From Mytilus trossulus (taxonomy: Eukaryota), in NCBI RefSeq assembly GCF_036588685.1, contig NC_086379.1, positions 84,072,001 through 84,136,000 of the forward strand: DNA of 64,000 nt. Direction: 5' to 3'. The position numbers and the translations under genes are program-made. Of this stretch, positions 23,268 through 37,431 are shown piece after piece (position 1 is the first letter of the stretch; each line of letters opens with the position of its first letter). Below the pieces are notes generated by a model. It was not told the origin of the DNA and made no database searches. It saw only the letters and a program-made list of their open reading frames with translations.

Positions 23268-24281
23268 TCAATCAATCAACCTTAAGGTAGTGTAACAATC
23301 AATCAACCTTAAGGTAGTGTAACAATCAATCGACCTTAAGGTAGTGTAACAATCAATCGACCTTAAGGTAGTGTAACAATCAATCGACCTTAAGGTAGTG
23401 TAACAATCAATCGACCTTAAGGTAGTGTAACAATCAATCGACCTTAAGGTAGTGTAACAATCAATTGACCTTAAGGTAGTGTAACAATCAATCGACCTTA
23501 AGGTAGTGTAACAATCAATTGACCTTAAGGTAGTGTAACAATCAATCAACCTTAAGGTAGTGTAACAATCAATCGACCTTAAGGTAGTGTAACAATCAAT
23601 CGACCTTAAGGTAGTGTAACAATCAATCGACCTTAAGGTAGTGTAACAATCAATCGACCTTAAGGTAGTGTAACAATCAATCGACCTTAAGGTAGTGTAA
23701 CAATCAATCAACCTTAAGGTAGTGTAACAATCAATCGACCTTAAGGTAGTGTAACAATCAATCAACCTGAAGGTAGTGTAACAATCAATCAACCTTAAGG
23801 TAGTGTAACAATCAATCGACCTTAAGGTAGTGTAACAATCAATCAACCTTAAGGTAGACCTTAAGGTAGTGTAACAATCAATCAACCTGAAGGTAGTGTA
23901 ACAATCAATCGACCTTAAGGTAGTGTAACAATCAATCAACCTTAAGGTAGTGTAACAATCAATCAACCTTAAGGTAGTGTAACAATCACTCAACCTTAAG
24001 GTAGTGTAACAATCAATCGACCTTAAGGTAGTGTAACAATCAATCGACCTTAAGGTAGTGTAACAATCAATCGACCTTAAGGTAGTGTAACAATCAATCG
24101 ACCTTAAGGTAGTGTAACAATCAATCGACCTTAAGGTAGTGTAACAATCAATCGACCTTAAGGTAGTGTAACAATCAATCGACCTTAAGGTAGTGTAACA
24201 ATCAATCGACCTTAAGGTAGTGTAACAATCAATCGACCTTAAGGTAGTGTAACAATCAATCGACCTTAAGGTAGTGTAACA
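23268..24281. repeat. 27-bp minisatellite, ~37 copies (AATCAATCGACCTTAAGGTAGTGTAAC)
   Basis: Direct inspection; nearly homogeneous units. Confidence 0.97.
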
Positions 24282-24676
24282 TTAGTTAGGTTAATTGAAA
24301 GCCATTAAAATGAGCTGTTTTAGATTAATCTACTCTTAGGAGAGTTTTCCGCAGCACTGTCTTATCTGATTTCACAATTAATGAGTATTTGATTCTGCTG
24401 CTCTGAGAGAGAGTTAAATCACTTTGGTACAGACCTCGTTGATTTTATTTGGTTTTGTTTGGGGCAGGCTTGTTTATGAAATTTGTGTGGGATACCGATT
24501 CATGTTTTTGTCATTGTGTCCGTATATCTTAATGATGACGTCTTGAGAATATAGTGTTTCCTTGATTATTCAATTAAGTTAAAATTCGTGATTTGTTTTG
24601 AATATGATCTTTTAGATGACATATGTATACAATGGACTAAATTTTGCATGGAGCAGATGTGGTAAGACATACTTAC

Positions 24677-24761
24677 TTGCTTGTACTATTGAATTTATCC
24701 AGTCTTTTTCATTTGAGTTCTCTATTTTTACCAAATTTCCATTCATAGTTTGACAATCATC
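24677..24761 (-). CDS. Copy A exon 3 (CTLD helix region)
   Basis: ttttcAG|...|GTAAGT; 85 nt, phase 0 to 1; DDCQTMNGNLVKIENSNEKDWINSIVQA fits C...G.LV.I....E..WI. I did not find the next exon (WIG/EPN/WND). Confidence 0.8.
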
Positions 24762-25160
24762 CTGAAAATGAAAAAGCAATCACAGTTCTATTCTAGTATC
24801 ACCTTAGTTGAACGCAGGTATACAGAAAAACATATAAATTAACTTAACATTGAGTTATCAAGAACACAACACACAAAATATGTTTAAATTAATTGTGCTT
24901 TGTGTATTAATCTGATGGATCATCTTATTTATGATTGTATTCTATTGTTTCTTCAATTGTTGTGACAAATTACCGACAAAATCAAATATAATAACATAAT
25001 CCACCAAACCCAATAAAGACCCGTCAATGTAGTATTTCGTTGATACATTCAACAAGACCTACAGTTATATTGATAAACTGCAACACAACAATGAATGGAG
25101 CTAAGTTTTGCTTTTTGTTTCGAAGGTTTGCATTTGTTGGCAGGGTCAGTTTGATATGAG

Positions 25161-25202
25161 CGTCACCGATCAGTCGTATGTAGACGAAACGCGCGTCTGG
25201 CG
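25161..25202 (+). ncRNA. Degenerate family A hammerhead (core mutated to CCGATCA)
   Basis: cgtcaccgatcagtcgtatgtagacgaaacgcgcgtctggcg. Confidence 0.55.
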
Positions 25203-28200
25203 TATTACATAATAATCCATGTACCTTTGATAACTATTGTTGGTAAACAAAAAAACATAAAGACAACATAAACCCCACCAAAACTTCGGGTGATCCCAGC
25301 CGGAAGGGTAGTGCTCCATATATTGAACCTGTTGTGTTATATTAACAACATACGAAACATATCCGATATTATCTGTAAAACGTATATTTTGTAACAGTCA
25401 ACCAACTCGTTTTCTTTATTACTAAAGAGATGATTTCAACTTAACCATTTTGAAATATTGGTGTAATATCTTCATATGAACAGCCACCATCTATCAAGGA
25501 AATCATAATTGGAAAATCAGTCCGGTAATCTCATATCAAGAGGGAGATATAAATTCTGCGTAAGCATGTCCTGCTGGAATGTTGCTACATAGAAATGGAA
25601 AGTTCATAATTGGGAAGCTAAAGTCGTCTCTTTTGTCTTTTGTCTTTTGTTTTCAACCAACTCTTATTGTCAATTTCTAGATGTAAGTCAGGATAAGACG
25701 CATGATTAAATGCAGTTAAGTCTAGATCGATGGTAAGGATACGTTCAACATTTTTATCAGACGACATAATCTATTCTTCAGCTTCGTATTTTATATGGCC
25801 TTTTATATTCGAGTGTCACGAATGATCTTTTTGTAGACAAAATGCGAGTCTGGCACACATATCAAATTTCATTACTGGTTTTTATATATTATGAGTTTAT
25901 CTTTATAGTAGAAATTTGAATACAAGGATCCTGCTAACGTCCTGTCTGTCTTCATAAGAAATTTCTGTATAAAGTTAGCCTAATAAGAATAAAGAAACAA
26001 GTCGACAACAATAGGGGCACAGTTGGTTTCCACGGGAATGCCGATAGATTGTAGAAAAACACGTCCGTCAAAAGTAAACAAAGGCAACAGTAGTATACCG
26101 CTGTTAAAATGTCTAGAATCGATTGAGAGAAAACAAATCTGGGTATGTTTGCAATAAAGAAATCAAGCATCTTGATGTCAGTTTCATGGATTTTTTTTAC
26201 AAAGTATGATTCATCCGTCCATAAGACAAGATACTTATATCTACGTCGGTCAATTATTTTATGAAACAAAGTAATACCAATTCTTTCAATATTTCTTGAT
26301 ATGGGGAATAGTTGTTTAAAGGGTAGAAAAATCAAATGTTTTAATACTATTTCAAGACGATTGATTCTTAGACTATATTTACTCTACAAGATCTTTGGAA
26401 TTTTTAGTATCCAAATCTGATTCACGCAATCGCGAGAATAGGAAGTTTCACAATAGCTTTAAAGTCCGGCTTTGTTTGCTGATAAGATTGATATTAATTA
26501 TTTTGAAAGAGGTTTCGGAGAGCACTTGGAAGAGCCAGTAATATGGTTGAAATTTCAAAGGAGCAAAGAACAGACATACATATGTATGATTATCCAAGAT
26601 TTCCTCATTAATACGTGTGATCGATACATTTAGATTTCTATCAAATACTCCACAGCCTTAATCCATTCGAAAAGAATATCTCCGTCTTCTATCTTGCGTT
26701 AAATCCATTACTTTTAAGTGCCTAACATAATCCTCGACTAAATTTATTAGTATTTTGAAGTTGTGTTTCCAATTGATGGATTCAGACTCAAGATATTTCA
26801 GAGCTTTAGAAAAACACATTTCTCACGGAAGTGTTTTGAGAATAAGAACGCTGAGCACAGATAAATGCATATCGATGAATAATATAATAATAATAAAATG
26901 ATAACATTATATAGAACAATATCCAAAGAAATCACAATTATTTTCACCATACTAGTTCGAATACTAGTTCGAATAATATTATTATAATTATGACGGCCTT
27001 GCTATTTTAAATCAATTCTGTTATGACTTAATTCACATTTGGACTAACACAAATAAAATTGAGAATATTGAAATGGGGAATGTGTCAAGTAGACAACAAC
27101 CAGACCATAGAACAGACAACAGAGGAAGGTCACCAATTGGTCTTCAATGCAGGGTGAAACTCCTGCGCCCGGAGATGTCCTTCAGCTGACCCCAGAACAA
27201 ATTACTATACTAGTTTAGTGATAATGGACGCCACACTTAATTTCGAATTATACACAAGAAACAAAAATTAAAATCATAGAACATAAAAAAGAAGTTGCGG
27301 TATGATTGCCAATGAGACAACTGTCAACAAGAAACCAAAATGCCACACACATTTTAAAACAACTATAGGTCCTTGTACGACCGTCAACAATGAACAAAGC
27401 CAATACCGCATAGTCAGCTATAAGAGACGCCGATATGACAATGTAAAACAAATCAAAGGAGAAAACTTACGGCCTTGTTTATATATAAAAACCAACTTAA
27501 AACAAATAATTAACACATAAACAAAGTTAACGACAACAACTGAATTACAGGATCCTGACTTGGGACAGGCACATACATAAATAATGTGGCAGGGTAAGAC
27601 ATGTTAGCGGAATCTAAACCCTCCCCTAACCTGGGACAGATGTATACCAGTACAACATTAGAACGAACTATACAAATCAGTTGAAAAAGGCTCCTGACTG
27701 GGACCATGCGCAAACATTGTGCGGGGTTAAACTTCTATACCGAAAAATGAGACATATGTTAAATGTTTCAAAAATACAGAGTTCAAACCACAAACAATAA
27801 GACGTAACGCAAAATCCAACCGAGCTTACGAAAGAAACATCTAAACTGAATACATAAAAGTTGGATGTACAAATACCGAGATTCGTCGTATAGTAATGCG
27901 AATTCACATTCGACAAAATAGTCACATTCGACACTCAAAATACCAGACGACGTAGAAGGTAAACCACAATTTAAGAAGTTGTAAAAGAGGAACGAACTAT
28001 ACCAGAAACAGTCAAACTCATTAATCGAAAATAAACTGACAACGCCATGGCTGAAAATGAAAAAGACAAATAGACAAACAATAGTACACACGACAGAACA
28101 TAGAAAACTAAAGAATAAGCAATACGAACCACGCAAAAAACTAGGGGTGATCTCAGGTGCACCGGAAGGGTCAGCAGATCCTGCTCCAGGCACCCGTCGT

Positions 28201-28826
28201 CTTGTTTTTATAATAACAAACCGGTAAAATCTAATTGTGGTCCGAAGTGCCAATTGAGCTATTTTTATAACTTGGCGTCCGTCGTCTGTCGTCCGTTGTC
28301 ATCATCGTCATGGCATGAGTGGTCCGTATGAGAGGCTGAACAAGGGTTGTTGTTTGTAGCCGATTCATCATCAAAGATGACCCCCAGCGGAGTAATTAGT
28401 TGAACACAGGACCCTATAGGATTTACAAAATAATGTCTTCTTTTAAAGAATCACTAAATGGATTGAAACCAATCATAGTATGAATGTTCTTTATGACGTG
28501 CTGACCAAGTGTTGTTACTTTGAAGACGATTCATCATGTAAAATGGACGCCAGCGGGGGAATTAGTTTAACATTGGACCCTAGGGGAAATTCATACAAAT
28601 GTCTTCTTTTAGAGAACCACTGAATGAAATGGAATTAAACATAGCATGAATGTTCCTTATTAGGTGCTAACAAAGTGTTGTAACTTTGTAGCCGATCCAT
28701 TCGACAATTACACATGCAGAGAAAAGAATATTACAATACAAAAAATTGGTGAAATATACCATGTCTCTCATCCAATCAAAAAACATCATTATTACATAAC
28801 GTTGAATTATACAAAATTGTTCATAC

Positions 28827-28912
28827 CTGAGCATCGTTCATTGACAGTTCATTCAGTCCAAAAAAATAACAGTTGACTTTGAAAGCCTTCCAAGGGTCAA
28901 TACACACGCCAT
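28827..28912 (-). CDS. Copy A exon 2 (start of the C-type lectin domain)
   Basis: ttacAG|...|GTATGA; 86 nt, phase 1 to 0; DGVCIDPWKAFKVNCYFFGLNELSMNDAQ fits the CTLD C-x2-PW-x6-CY-F motif. Confidence 0.85.
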
Positions 28913-30786
28913 CTGTAAAGATAATATGATTTTGTTGATAAATATGACACAAAATTCAGATGATCAATTATGTCTAAGTATGCGAATTCTATATGAGCAA
29001 ACATTCTAATTTTTACAAAAATATAAAATTTCTGAATCCATACCGAAACTAAAAATATGTGGACTAGATGAAGTTTTGCAAAGAATCGCAATGAATCAAC
29101 AATAAATTACTACATATTTATTTTGAAAAACCTTGATATAGTTTATATTAATAATAAAACGATAAGAAAGACAATTATTTGTTTGGTTGGTTTTAATGAA
29201 GCAATTCAGACAATTATATATGTAAAATACTTTATTTGACTGCCACTGCTGAGTCTTTCTTTTGTAAACAAAACGAAAGTCTAAAGTATAAAATTACTTT
29301 ATTGTTAAGCTGTTTTTTTTCCTTCACATTTTTATTATTATAGGAGTTAGATAATGCGATGCATGAAACACCAACATTTTGAAGTTATTATCATGATCTG
29401 CCTGAAACATTTTCCTTAGGCGTTCAAAGACAACACAATTCGTTGTCTTTTGCATGAAGATGATGAAGGTACTTTCTAAGATAAATATTTTTTTTTTATT
29501 TCTTACAATAGTGTTTATTTTTTTAACATAAAAACATGTTGTATCTTATAATAACTCTTTATACAACGGTTCACTTAACCAGTGTAAAGATCCTTACTAG
29601 AAATCCATGAAAGTATTTAATTTTGATGCCAAAACAGGCAAATTTCACTCACATTAATTACACGTAAATTTAAATGCATCTGAATCTCTCGTGAAATTCA
29701 CCTCAATCGAGATGATAGCCAAAAACTCACCTGAAATTAGACCATTTGAGTTTCGTTTGAAACCCAAATAAAATACTTTTAATAATATCTTAAGTTTCCT
29801 ACGTAATTAAAGTCATGAAGATTACGATGTTTTGGGTAGATTTCACGTGAATCTCATGTGAGATGCATTGGAGGTGAATCAAAAATCACGTGAAACTCAT
29901 GCCAGATGCATTGGAGGTGAATCACAATTCACGTGAAACTCATTTCAGGTGCATTGGAGGTGAATCACAATTCTCGTGAAATTAACAGGAAATTTTAACG
30001 TAGGTTTCATGTATACAGAAGCTCTTTTGATGTGAATATCACGTGAAACTGTTCACATGTATCTAATGTGAGATTCTTGATAAATTTACAACAGCAAATT
30101 TGTCTGTGTAGCATATTCAAATCCAAGTTTCTTAACTGTGATGAATATTGATGACAATACGACTTAACCTTTTTCAAGGTATAGAAGTGAACAACATGCA
30201 GAGAACATATAATACGAGAACTAAAAATATGAAATGTAAGCAAGAGCATCGCCTATACGTTTGTACGCCTGATGCATGCAGAGCAATATATCCTTATGAG
30301 TTGTTAAATTTCATAAATTTTAACATTAGCAATTAATTATACCCACACAACATTTACGGAGGCACACAATTTGGTTGACCGTTATAAAAATCTGTTTAAT
30401 AGACATTAGTGACCACACTATTCTTCTCAAATTTGACCTACAGAGTTAAACCTTTCATTGGGTGCAAACTAACACGAGTCACACGACGGATGGAATGTGT
30501 GGAACAGGATCTGCTTACCCTTTCGGAGCAATTGTTCTCTAATTTTTGTGCTATTTTCACATTTCCTGACCGGTGTGAGAAAAATATTTCTCCTCACTAG
30601 TGAAAAATCTGTTCTCGGCAAATGATTAGTCGAAATTTGATTATGACGTCAAAATGTTTTGTTTTCTTCTCAATTTTCCTATTGTGACGTCATCAAAAAA
30701 GGAGACCTTGGCTGATGACGTCGCATAAAAAGAGCACAATTTTCTGATTTTTTTTGAAAAAGGACGATATAAAGCATTAGAGAAAC

Positions 30787-30947
30787 AGATTCCAACACTA
30801 TAACTCGTGTATTACGATATTTCTCCACTCTCGACAGTTAAATTTTATTATTTAAAGGGCTCGGCAAGCCTCGCGCTTTAAATAATAAAATTTAACTGTC
30901 TCGAGTGGAGAAATATCGTAATACACTTGTTGCAGTGTAAGAATCTA
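30787..30947. repeat. Long foldback palindrome (~50-bp near-perfect arms, GC-rich centre)
   Basis: gtgtattacgatatttctccactc...ttatttaaag / ctttaaataa...gagtggagaaatatcgtaatacac. Confidence 0.9.
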
Positions 30948-31269
30948 TAATCTCACCACCGTGTCACGAAAAGTTTATTACAACACCTTATTCAAATTTT
31001 ACTTATGCATATTTGTTGAAAATTAACATGTACAATATAAAAAGAGAAGATGTAGTATGTTAGTTAATAAGAAAACTCAAAAGACCAAACGACACACAAA
31101 TTAACAACTATATATATACAAGTATGTTATGCCGTTATACTAAATATAATACTAGGCTGTCAAACATTTTAAATATCAAATGATAAAATGTGTCCTCTGG
31201 TTGAGGAAGGTCACTTACAATCAATTTATGACTTTGGAGAAACGGTATACTACTATTGTTTCATTTCAA

Positions 31270-33910
31270 CACATTAGACAGCTTAAGACAGGGTTGGTAT
31301 TCCATGCAATTGTAGCGGCGGCGTTTTTTAAACAGCTAAACATAGGGTTTATATAAAAAAAAATTGTATATTTAGAATGATATTATGGTTAATATGCAAT
31401 GAATATCAAAGTATGCTGAATCTTCAATTTTATACATTTTTACTATATTTTCAAGACTTATAATGTCTTTTTCAGTACCTAGGGATTTCATTTATTTCAT
31501 TACTATTTTTCGGAAGTTCTTATTATATGAACAATTGACAAAAAAATGTTCAAAGTCTTCCTTTTTTACAATGCTTTCATAAATTGTCTTCAGTAATTTC
31601 CCACTTTTTTAAAAGTTAATGACTTGGCAGTTTGTAGTGAATAAGTTTCTATCTAAATATTTTCAATCTATTATCAGTGCGATATTGAAAAATAAAACCA
31701 AAAGTATTATTCAATTTCGAATTTAAAAGTTTCTAAAATATTTTTTCCAACATAAGAAAACCATTTGGTTTATCACAACTATCTTTCAGTGTGAATATTT
31801 TATACAGTTCTTTGGTGCGCATTAAGGGAGTAATTGTCCTGTGCATAATTGTTAAGTCATTTATAACTTTAACTTTAGTTTCGAATGAATCTTCAGTAAA
31901 AAGAATTGTTTCCAATCAATTGGTATTGTTTTTTTTTACATATATATTTATCTTACCCAATTTTGTTTACATTTAAGTTTAGTTAAAATGACACTTTCAG
32001 AGATATTGCCCTGATCATCAATTACATCATTTATATTGATAATGTCACTTTTTATCCAATCTCCAAAGTTTAAACATTTTCCATTAAACCGAATAATATT
32101 ATTTCCCCACAAAACTTGTTTTTTAATTTCAAGATTTTTTTTGGGGATATTTTGTAATACCTCCCTTTACACTTATCCAATCTCTAAGTAGTTGTTTAAA
32201 TTTTTTTTAAATTCATTTTAAATTCAAGAAGATGTTTTCCTAATTTGTTGAAGTAAAATTTGGGAATAATTTTCCAGTTGTCATTTTATTTTCACTTAAT
32301 TTTAGAATCCAGCTGATATGCAGTGATTTTATGTACTCATCAATGTCTGTCATCTTAAGTCAACCTTCCAGAAAATCATTTGAAAGTGTTGATCTATTTA
32401 TTCTATCACTTTTGCCTTTCAATCTAAAGTTTATTAAAGTTTTAAAGTCTTGCAACATTTCCTTAGGAATAATATTGTTTGATGCAACATGTGTTAGCTT
32501 TGGCAGAACTAAAGATTTGATGACAACTATTTTTCCTATGATAGTAAGTTTTCTTTTACTTCAATCAGATATCATTTTTTTTACTTTTTAACAGTTGTTT
32601 TTCAAAGTTAAATTTTTGACATTCTTGTTTATTGTAACCACAGTAAACTCCAAGGCTTTTGCAGTAAACCAACTAATATATTCAAATTTTCCCCGACTTT
32701 GTTTAAATTGACCAAGCCATATTCATTCAGTTTTTGCTTTATTTAATTTAAAACCTGAGAGAGTACCAAATATTTCTATTCAATTAATTGATTGAAGAAA
32801 AATATTAGTATCGTCAGCTTATTGACAATTGTTCAGGGTATTACTTTTAACGTCTAATTTTATTTCTAGTCCTTTTAAGTTTTTATTTTTCCTCATCTTT
32901 ATTGCCATAACTTCTACAGCTAGAACAAATAGTAAAGATGATAACAGACATCCTTGTCGGATCCCGCGATATGCCCTAAAACGGGAGGAAACCAATACAT
33001 TTATTATGTTTTCTTTAATACCAGAGTACATTGTCTGAACCCACCTTAAAAATTATCTTTAAATCCAAGACTCAAACATGAAGTCCCATTCTAATGAGTC
33101 AAATGCTTTTGTAAAATCAAGAAATAAAATTTTCCCATCAATTTTTTCAAAAAGTTTACAAAAGTTCAGAATAGTCTATGACATCTTGCATTGTCGAATG
33201 TTGAAACCAATATACCTATTTTTGACATATCCTTTTTGATCAGTATGTAAAATCTTTGGTAGCAGGGGTTTTAATCGTTGTGCTAAAGCATAAGAGTAAA
33301 ATTTAGCATCATAGTTTAAAAGAGTAATAGGTCTTTAATTATCTAGAGAAAAGGAATCATTCTTTTTATAAATAAGAGATATTAAGCCAACCTTCTGAGT
33401 GGTAGGTAGTTCTCTTTTTTCATACCAGTAATTAAAAGTGGAGACTATAAAAGATTGAAGTTCATCCTAGAATATTCTGTAAACTTCCACATTCAGTCCG
33501 TCAAGCCCGGGCGCTTAATTGAGTTTCATTTTAAAAATTGCATCAGTACATTCAACAGTTATTTCCCCTTCCCATAAATTACTTTCAGAGTTAATTTCTT
33601 ATATTCCTTGGTCAATCTAAATACTTTTTAGTTGCTTCTATTTCATTTTTTTTTGTAGAATATACATTTTTATAATAATTTGCTTAAGTTCTACTTTTAA
33701 TATTTTGTATTGACCAATTGTAATTTGACCTTTATCATCATATAATTGGGCTATTTTTTTTCTATTTTGTCTTGATTTTTCCATCCCTAGAAAATATGCA
33801 GAATTTTTTTCTCCTTCTTCAACCCATTTTACCCGTGCTCTTATTGGATTCCCTTTTATTTTGTCTTTATAGAGATTTCTTATTTTATTTTCTATATTAT
33901 CTATTTCTTT
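31270..33910 (-). mobile_element. 5'-truncated, decayed L1/Tx1-clade LINE in intron 1 of lectin copy A
   Basis: RGIRQGCLLSSLLFVLAVEVMAIKMRKNKNLKGL, ADDT, PITLLNYDAK and DFTKAFDSLEWDF motifs; absent from the other duplication arm. Confidence 0.8.
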
Positions 33911-34007
33911 TAATATGTTATTATTGTAAAGTAACGACGAAAGCTGACATGGATCATAATAGATGAAAATACGAAAAGAAAGAAAGGCAAAGAAATGTAA
34001 AACTTAC

Positions 34008-34308
34008 CTGTTTTTTCAATATATAAAACAGAGCTTGTCTCAGAAGCTTCTATTTCGGGACACACGTCTGTTACATGAAGGTAGCACTTGTGTGATGAGG
34101 TGTTAAAACTTGCAGTCCGACATCCTTCCTCCATAGCACATTGCAATGCACACTCAATTTTACTTCTGGAAACATATGATTTAAGACTGCTGATCCCAAC
34201 ACTGCTGTAACCACTTTTTAAATAAAATATGAAAGTATTACCTCGTCCAACAATGTGATTAAATGAAAGTATAGAAATTATGATGCAAAAAGTAAATTTC
34301 AAGCCCAT
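34008..34308 (-). CDS. PAN/Apple + C-type lectin gene, copy A, coding exon 1 (signal peptide + PAN/Apple domain)
   Basis: MGLKFTFCIIISILSFNHIVG signal-like N-terminus; IECALQCAMEEGCRTASFN...CYL PAN pattern; ends in phase 1 at AG|GTAAGT; 301 nt. Confidence 0.85.
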
Positions 34309-37300
34309 TTTTGAGTGTACTCGAATAATGAAAGAAATAAAAGCATATATGTATACGTCATGGAAGTTCAAACTATATGCAAAGATTCATTCAGCGAATC
34401 AAAAACATCCGATAGATAAGTGTTTATACCCTTGGTTTGTCAAAAATCAATGTGTCCACTATATATTTCTCACTAAAATCTATTTATATTCTTAATATTT
34501 TGCGTGTTATTAATCATTAGTCGAATATCTAATGTTTGTAGAAATAAGTTAATCAATAATAAAACAAGTTTCAGTGTTTTTATATATACATTTAGGTCTG
34601 AACAAGTAACAACTCTACGACAGATCCATCCATTTGAACACTAATGAAGTTGATAAATGACTGTACGCATATTTAAATGTTTATTCATTATAACTCTAAA
34701 TATCAGCACATTAATGTTTAATCGAAAACATTGCAGAAACAAAGTGTGTTTTTCCGGCATTCGAACTTATACTAATGAGATATCGGGACTTCCGGCAGAG
34801 TGTCCACCAATCAAGACACTCGACCTTTTAGACTGAACCAATAATCCAGCTTTAGGTGGGCTAGTGTTACTTAAGTTGAAACACATGATATAGTAGACAT
34901 GTAAATGATGGCAATGGATTAACACCAACAAAACTTAATATCTCACCATAGAAAATCCTATTAACGTTTCCTTCCGGTAATATTCACTCACCTCGTCCAA
35001 ATTGTATTGCTATTGTATTCTTAAAAACGATTATATCCCTTTGAGATGTAACGTGAAATATGATTAACTTTTTGTTTGACACTTTAACCCACTTATGTGT
35101 TTTTTTAATTGACGGGTAATATGATATTCTAGCATAATTAAAAAAATTCTCGTTTATTCTTTTAATGATTAGCCATATGTTTTATTTCTATTGTGGAAAG
35201 AAATAAACTTCACTTCTCTGCATAATCCAATGACACTAAATCCATTTCATCAATTTAATTAAATATCCATATTCGGCACCTTCTGAAGGGTGATGTGAAT
35301 CAGATTAGGATATCTAAAGGTCAATTAATTAATGGGGCCAAAATAAGCCCAAAATCCAGTTGCTCCCTAATTATATTGTTGTTTTTAATCTATGAAAGGA
35401 CTTAAGAATGCCATAATGTCCTTTTTTAAACCTTTTCATTGATATTTTTACTTTGCAGTTTTAATTTTTGATTTGGTTCAAAACTGAGATGATACAAAAT
35501 CAACCTTTAGTTTATTAGTGATGACATGACAATAATTTTAGAAATGATGTTATAATGACAAAGGGAAACTTTCAGGGTTTGCGTGAAAATATGTGAGTTC
35601 TAGTTGATTTCTAAAAGTTAGTGGAAATTGAAGTTTCTACTATAAAAAACTAAACCTATTTTGGTTTTTGGTTAACTCTTGTTATAAATACCTTTAATAT
35701 AAGCCTTTGAAAATCACAATGTACCATATCCAATTTCCATCCTTCCTTTGGTCGTGCGTTGTCAGCATTATCCGATCTACATTTGTCTTAAATTATGCAG
35801 AATGTGTCTATTATACAGTTGATTATGTTGATATTTTTTCAGTATGAATAACTTCACAAAGATTTTTCTAGTGTATCAATTTCCCGACATGATAATAAAT
35901 TGTATGTATCATTGGTCAGAAATGTTTGATCTGTACATGTTAAAAGACTTTTAAAGGATATCAACAACACCTGCTTATTATATTTTTTTAGTAATTGAAA
36001 CACTCGGACACTTGTCAAAAACAATGGAAAAAAATCAGAGATGTTCCTTAACTTTTTGTTTAGACACTGGTAAAATTTTACAAAGTCTAATTAAGTGCTG
36101 CATGCTTTTGTATACCGAATAAGTTTGGTAATGAATATCCCATATGCAGGTTTTAACATCTTAATGTGAAAGTAAATGACCTAGTTTTTGTTTTGTTTTT
36201 GACAAGTGTCTGAAGGAACTCCGATTCATATGAAAATAAGAACAGTCGTTCCCATACATATACATGCCATAGGAATTCCAACAATTTGTTGAAAAAGTCT
36301 ACCTTCAAATTCAACAAATATGTTGTAATATAAAAAGCTCAAGGATCCTGATCACTTATTCTCTGTGTATCATGTTGACCTTTTGTTCGTTTTTAATAAG
36401 ACGGTTTATCTCGTTTATAAGATAAACCAATGTCATGAAAGAGAAATGATGACTGCATCATTCGGATGCGGTTCTCGTTTCCCGCCAATCAACGTCACAT
36501 GACTCTTTGACATTACATTGAACTAGCCACTCCTGTAGATATGTAAAAGTTTTAAAAAATGAAATCGTAAAAAAGTCAGTGACATCCGCAGGTTATATTT
36601 CAATATTTTGATATGAAACTATCGTATAGGCAAGGTAATTCTTCAAATAAGAATTTTCATTTGCAAGGTCCAGCAAATGACGTAAATTAAAGGTAAACCG
36701 AACTGTCACCATACGATTTGATGCCATCAACACGAGGACACCTCCAACTTATTTCTACATGCATGGTTGTGTAACGATCATAGAACAATTTAATTAATTT
36801 ATCTTCACCATAAAAGTTATACAATGCGCCAATTACAGGGACAGCTTCCGATTTGTCAGTGGCTCATGGACCGGTGATCAATTGAATGACAGAACAAAAT
36901 TTTCGAATTAAGCCCCATTTATAATTCAACACGGCACAACATGCGCAAGGAAAATACGATTCAAAAGAACAGGAGAACCACTGATCCAAAGAATTCATAA
37001 CCTGGTTCCAGCGGTTTTAGGAATTTCGTCAAACATTAATCTTGGTATGTTGAATTTTAAGATAAAAAATTTGATGTTTTGTGGCGTATATAATTATTCT
37101 AATTCATGTTTATCTTATAATGAATAAGATTAATCTGATAATGATACAGATAAGATTACTGAAAGAATTATTTATTGTTAGTATTTGATGTCATATATTT
37201 AATTTGAATTTCACATGAGCAGAAAGATCGCACTTTGACTTTAATCAGAGACATAAAATATCTCTGCTTTAATGTACACTATTTCATATCAACATACAGT

Positions 37301-37431
37301 CGTGTGAAAGACGCACCTAGAGCTATTACACACAAGAAACATCTGAGGGCAATTCGTGCAAATTCTTAAACCTTTATCTCAATTTAAAAATTATTTAACA
37401 CAAGACCATTTATATAATACACAATTATACA

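Larger units (their letters stand above)
28240..35025 (-). repeat. Left arm of an inverted segmental duplication (partner 49355-55525)
   Basis: Collinear reverse-complement matches across promoter, exons and introns, e.g. 34981-35025 vs 49355-49405, 30100-30300 vs 52380-52560, 28240-28700 vs 55020-55525. Confidence 0.85.

Noticed and set aside
23268-23993. 241-aa minus-strand ORF (IDCYTTLRS)n and CRISPR-like appearance of the array
   Set aside because: A stop-free frame of a 27-bp tandem repeat; there are no unique spacers or cas genes and the context is eukaryotic.
33910-34371. 153-aa single-exon ORF as annotated by the track
   Set aside because: The true start is likely ATG 34308 (matches the paralogue and signal peptide), and the C-terminal tail is intron read-through beyond the GTAAGT donor.
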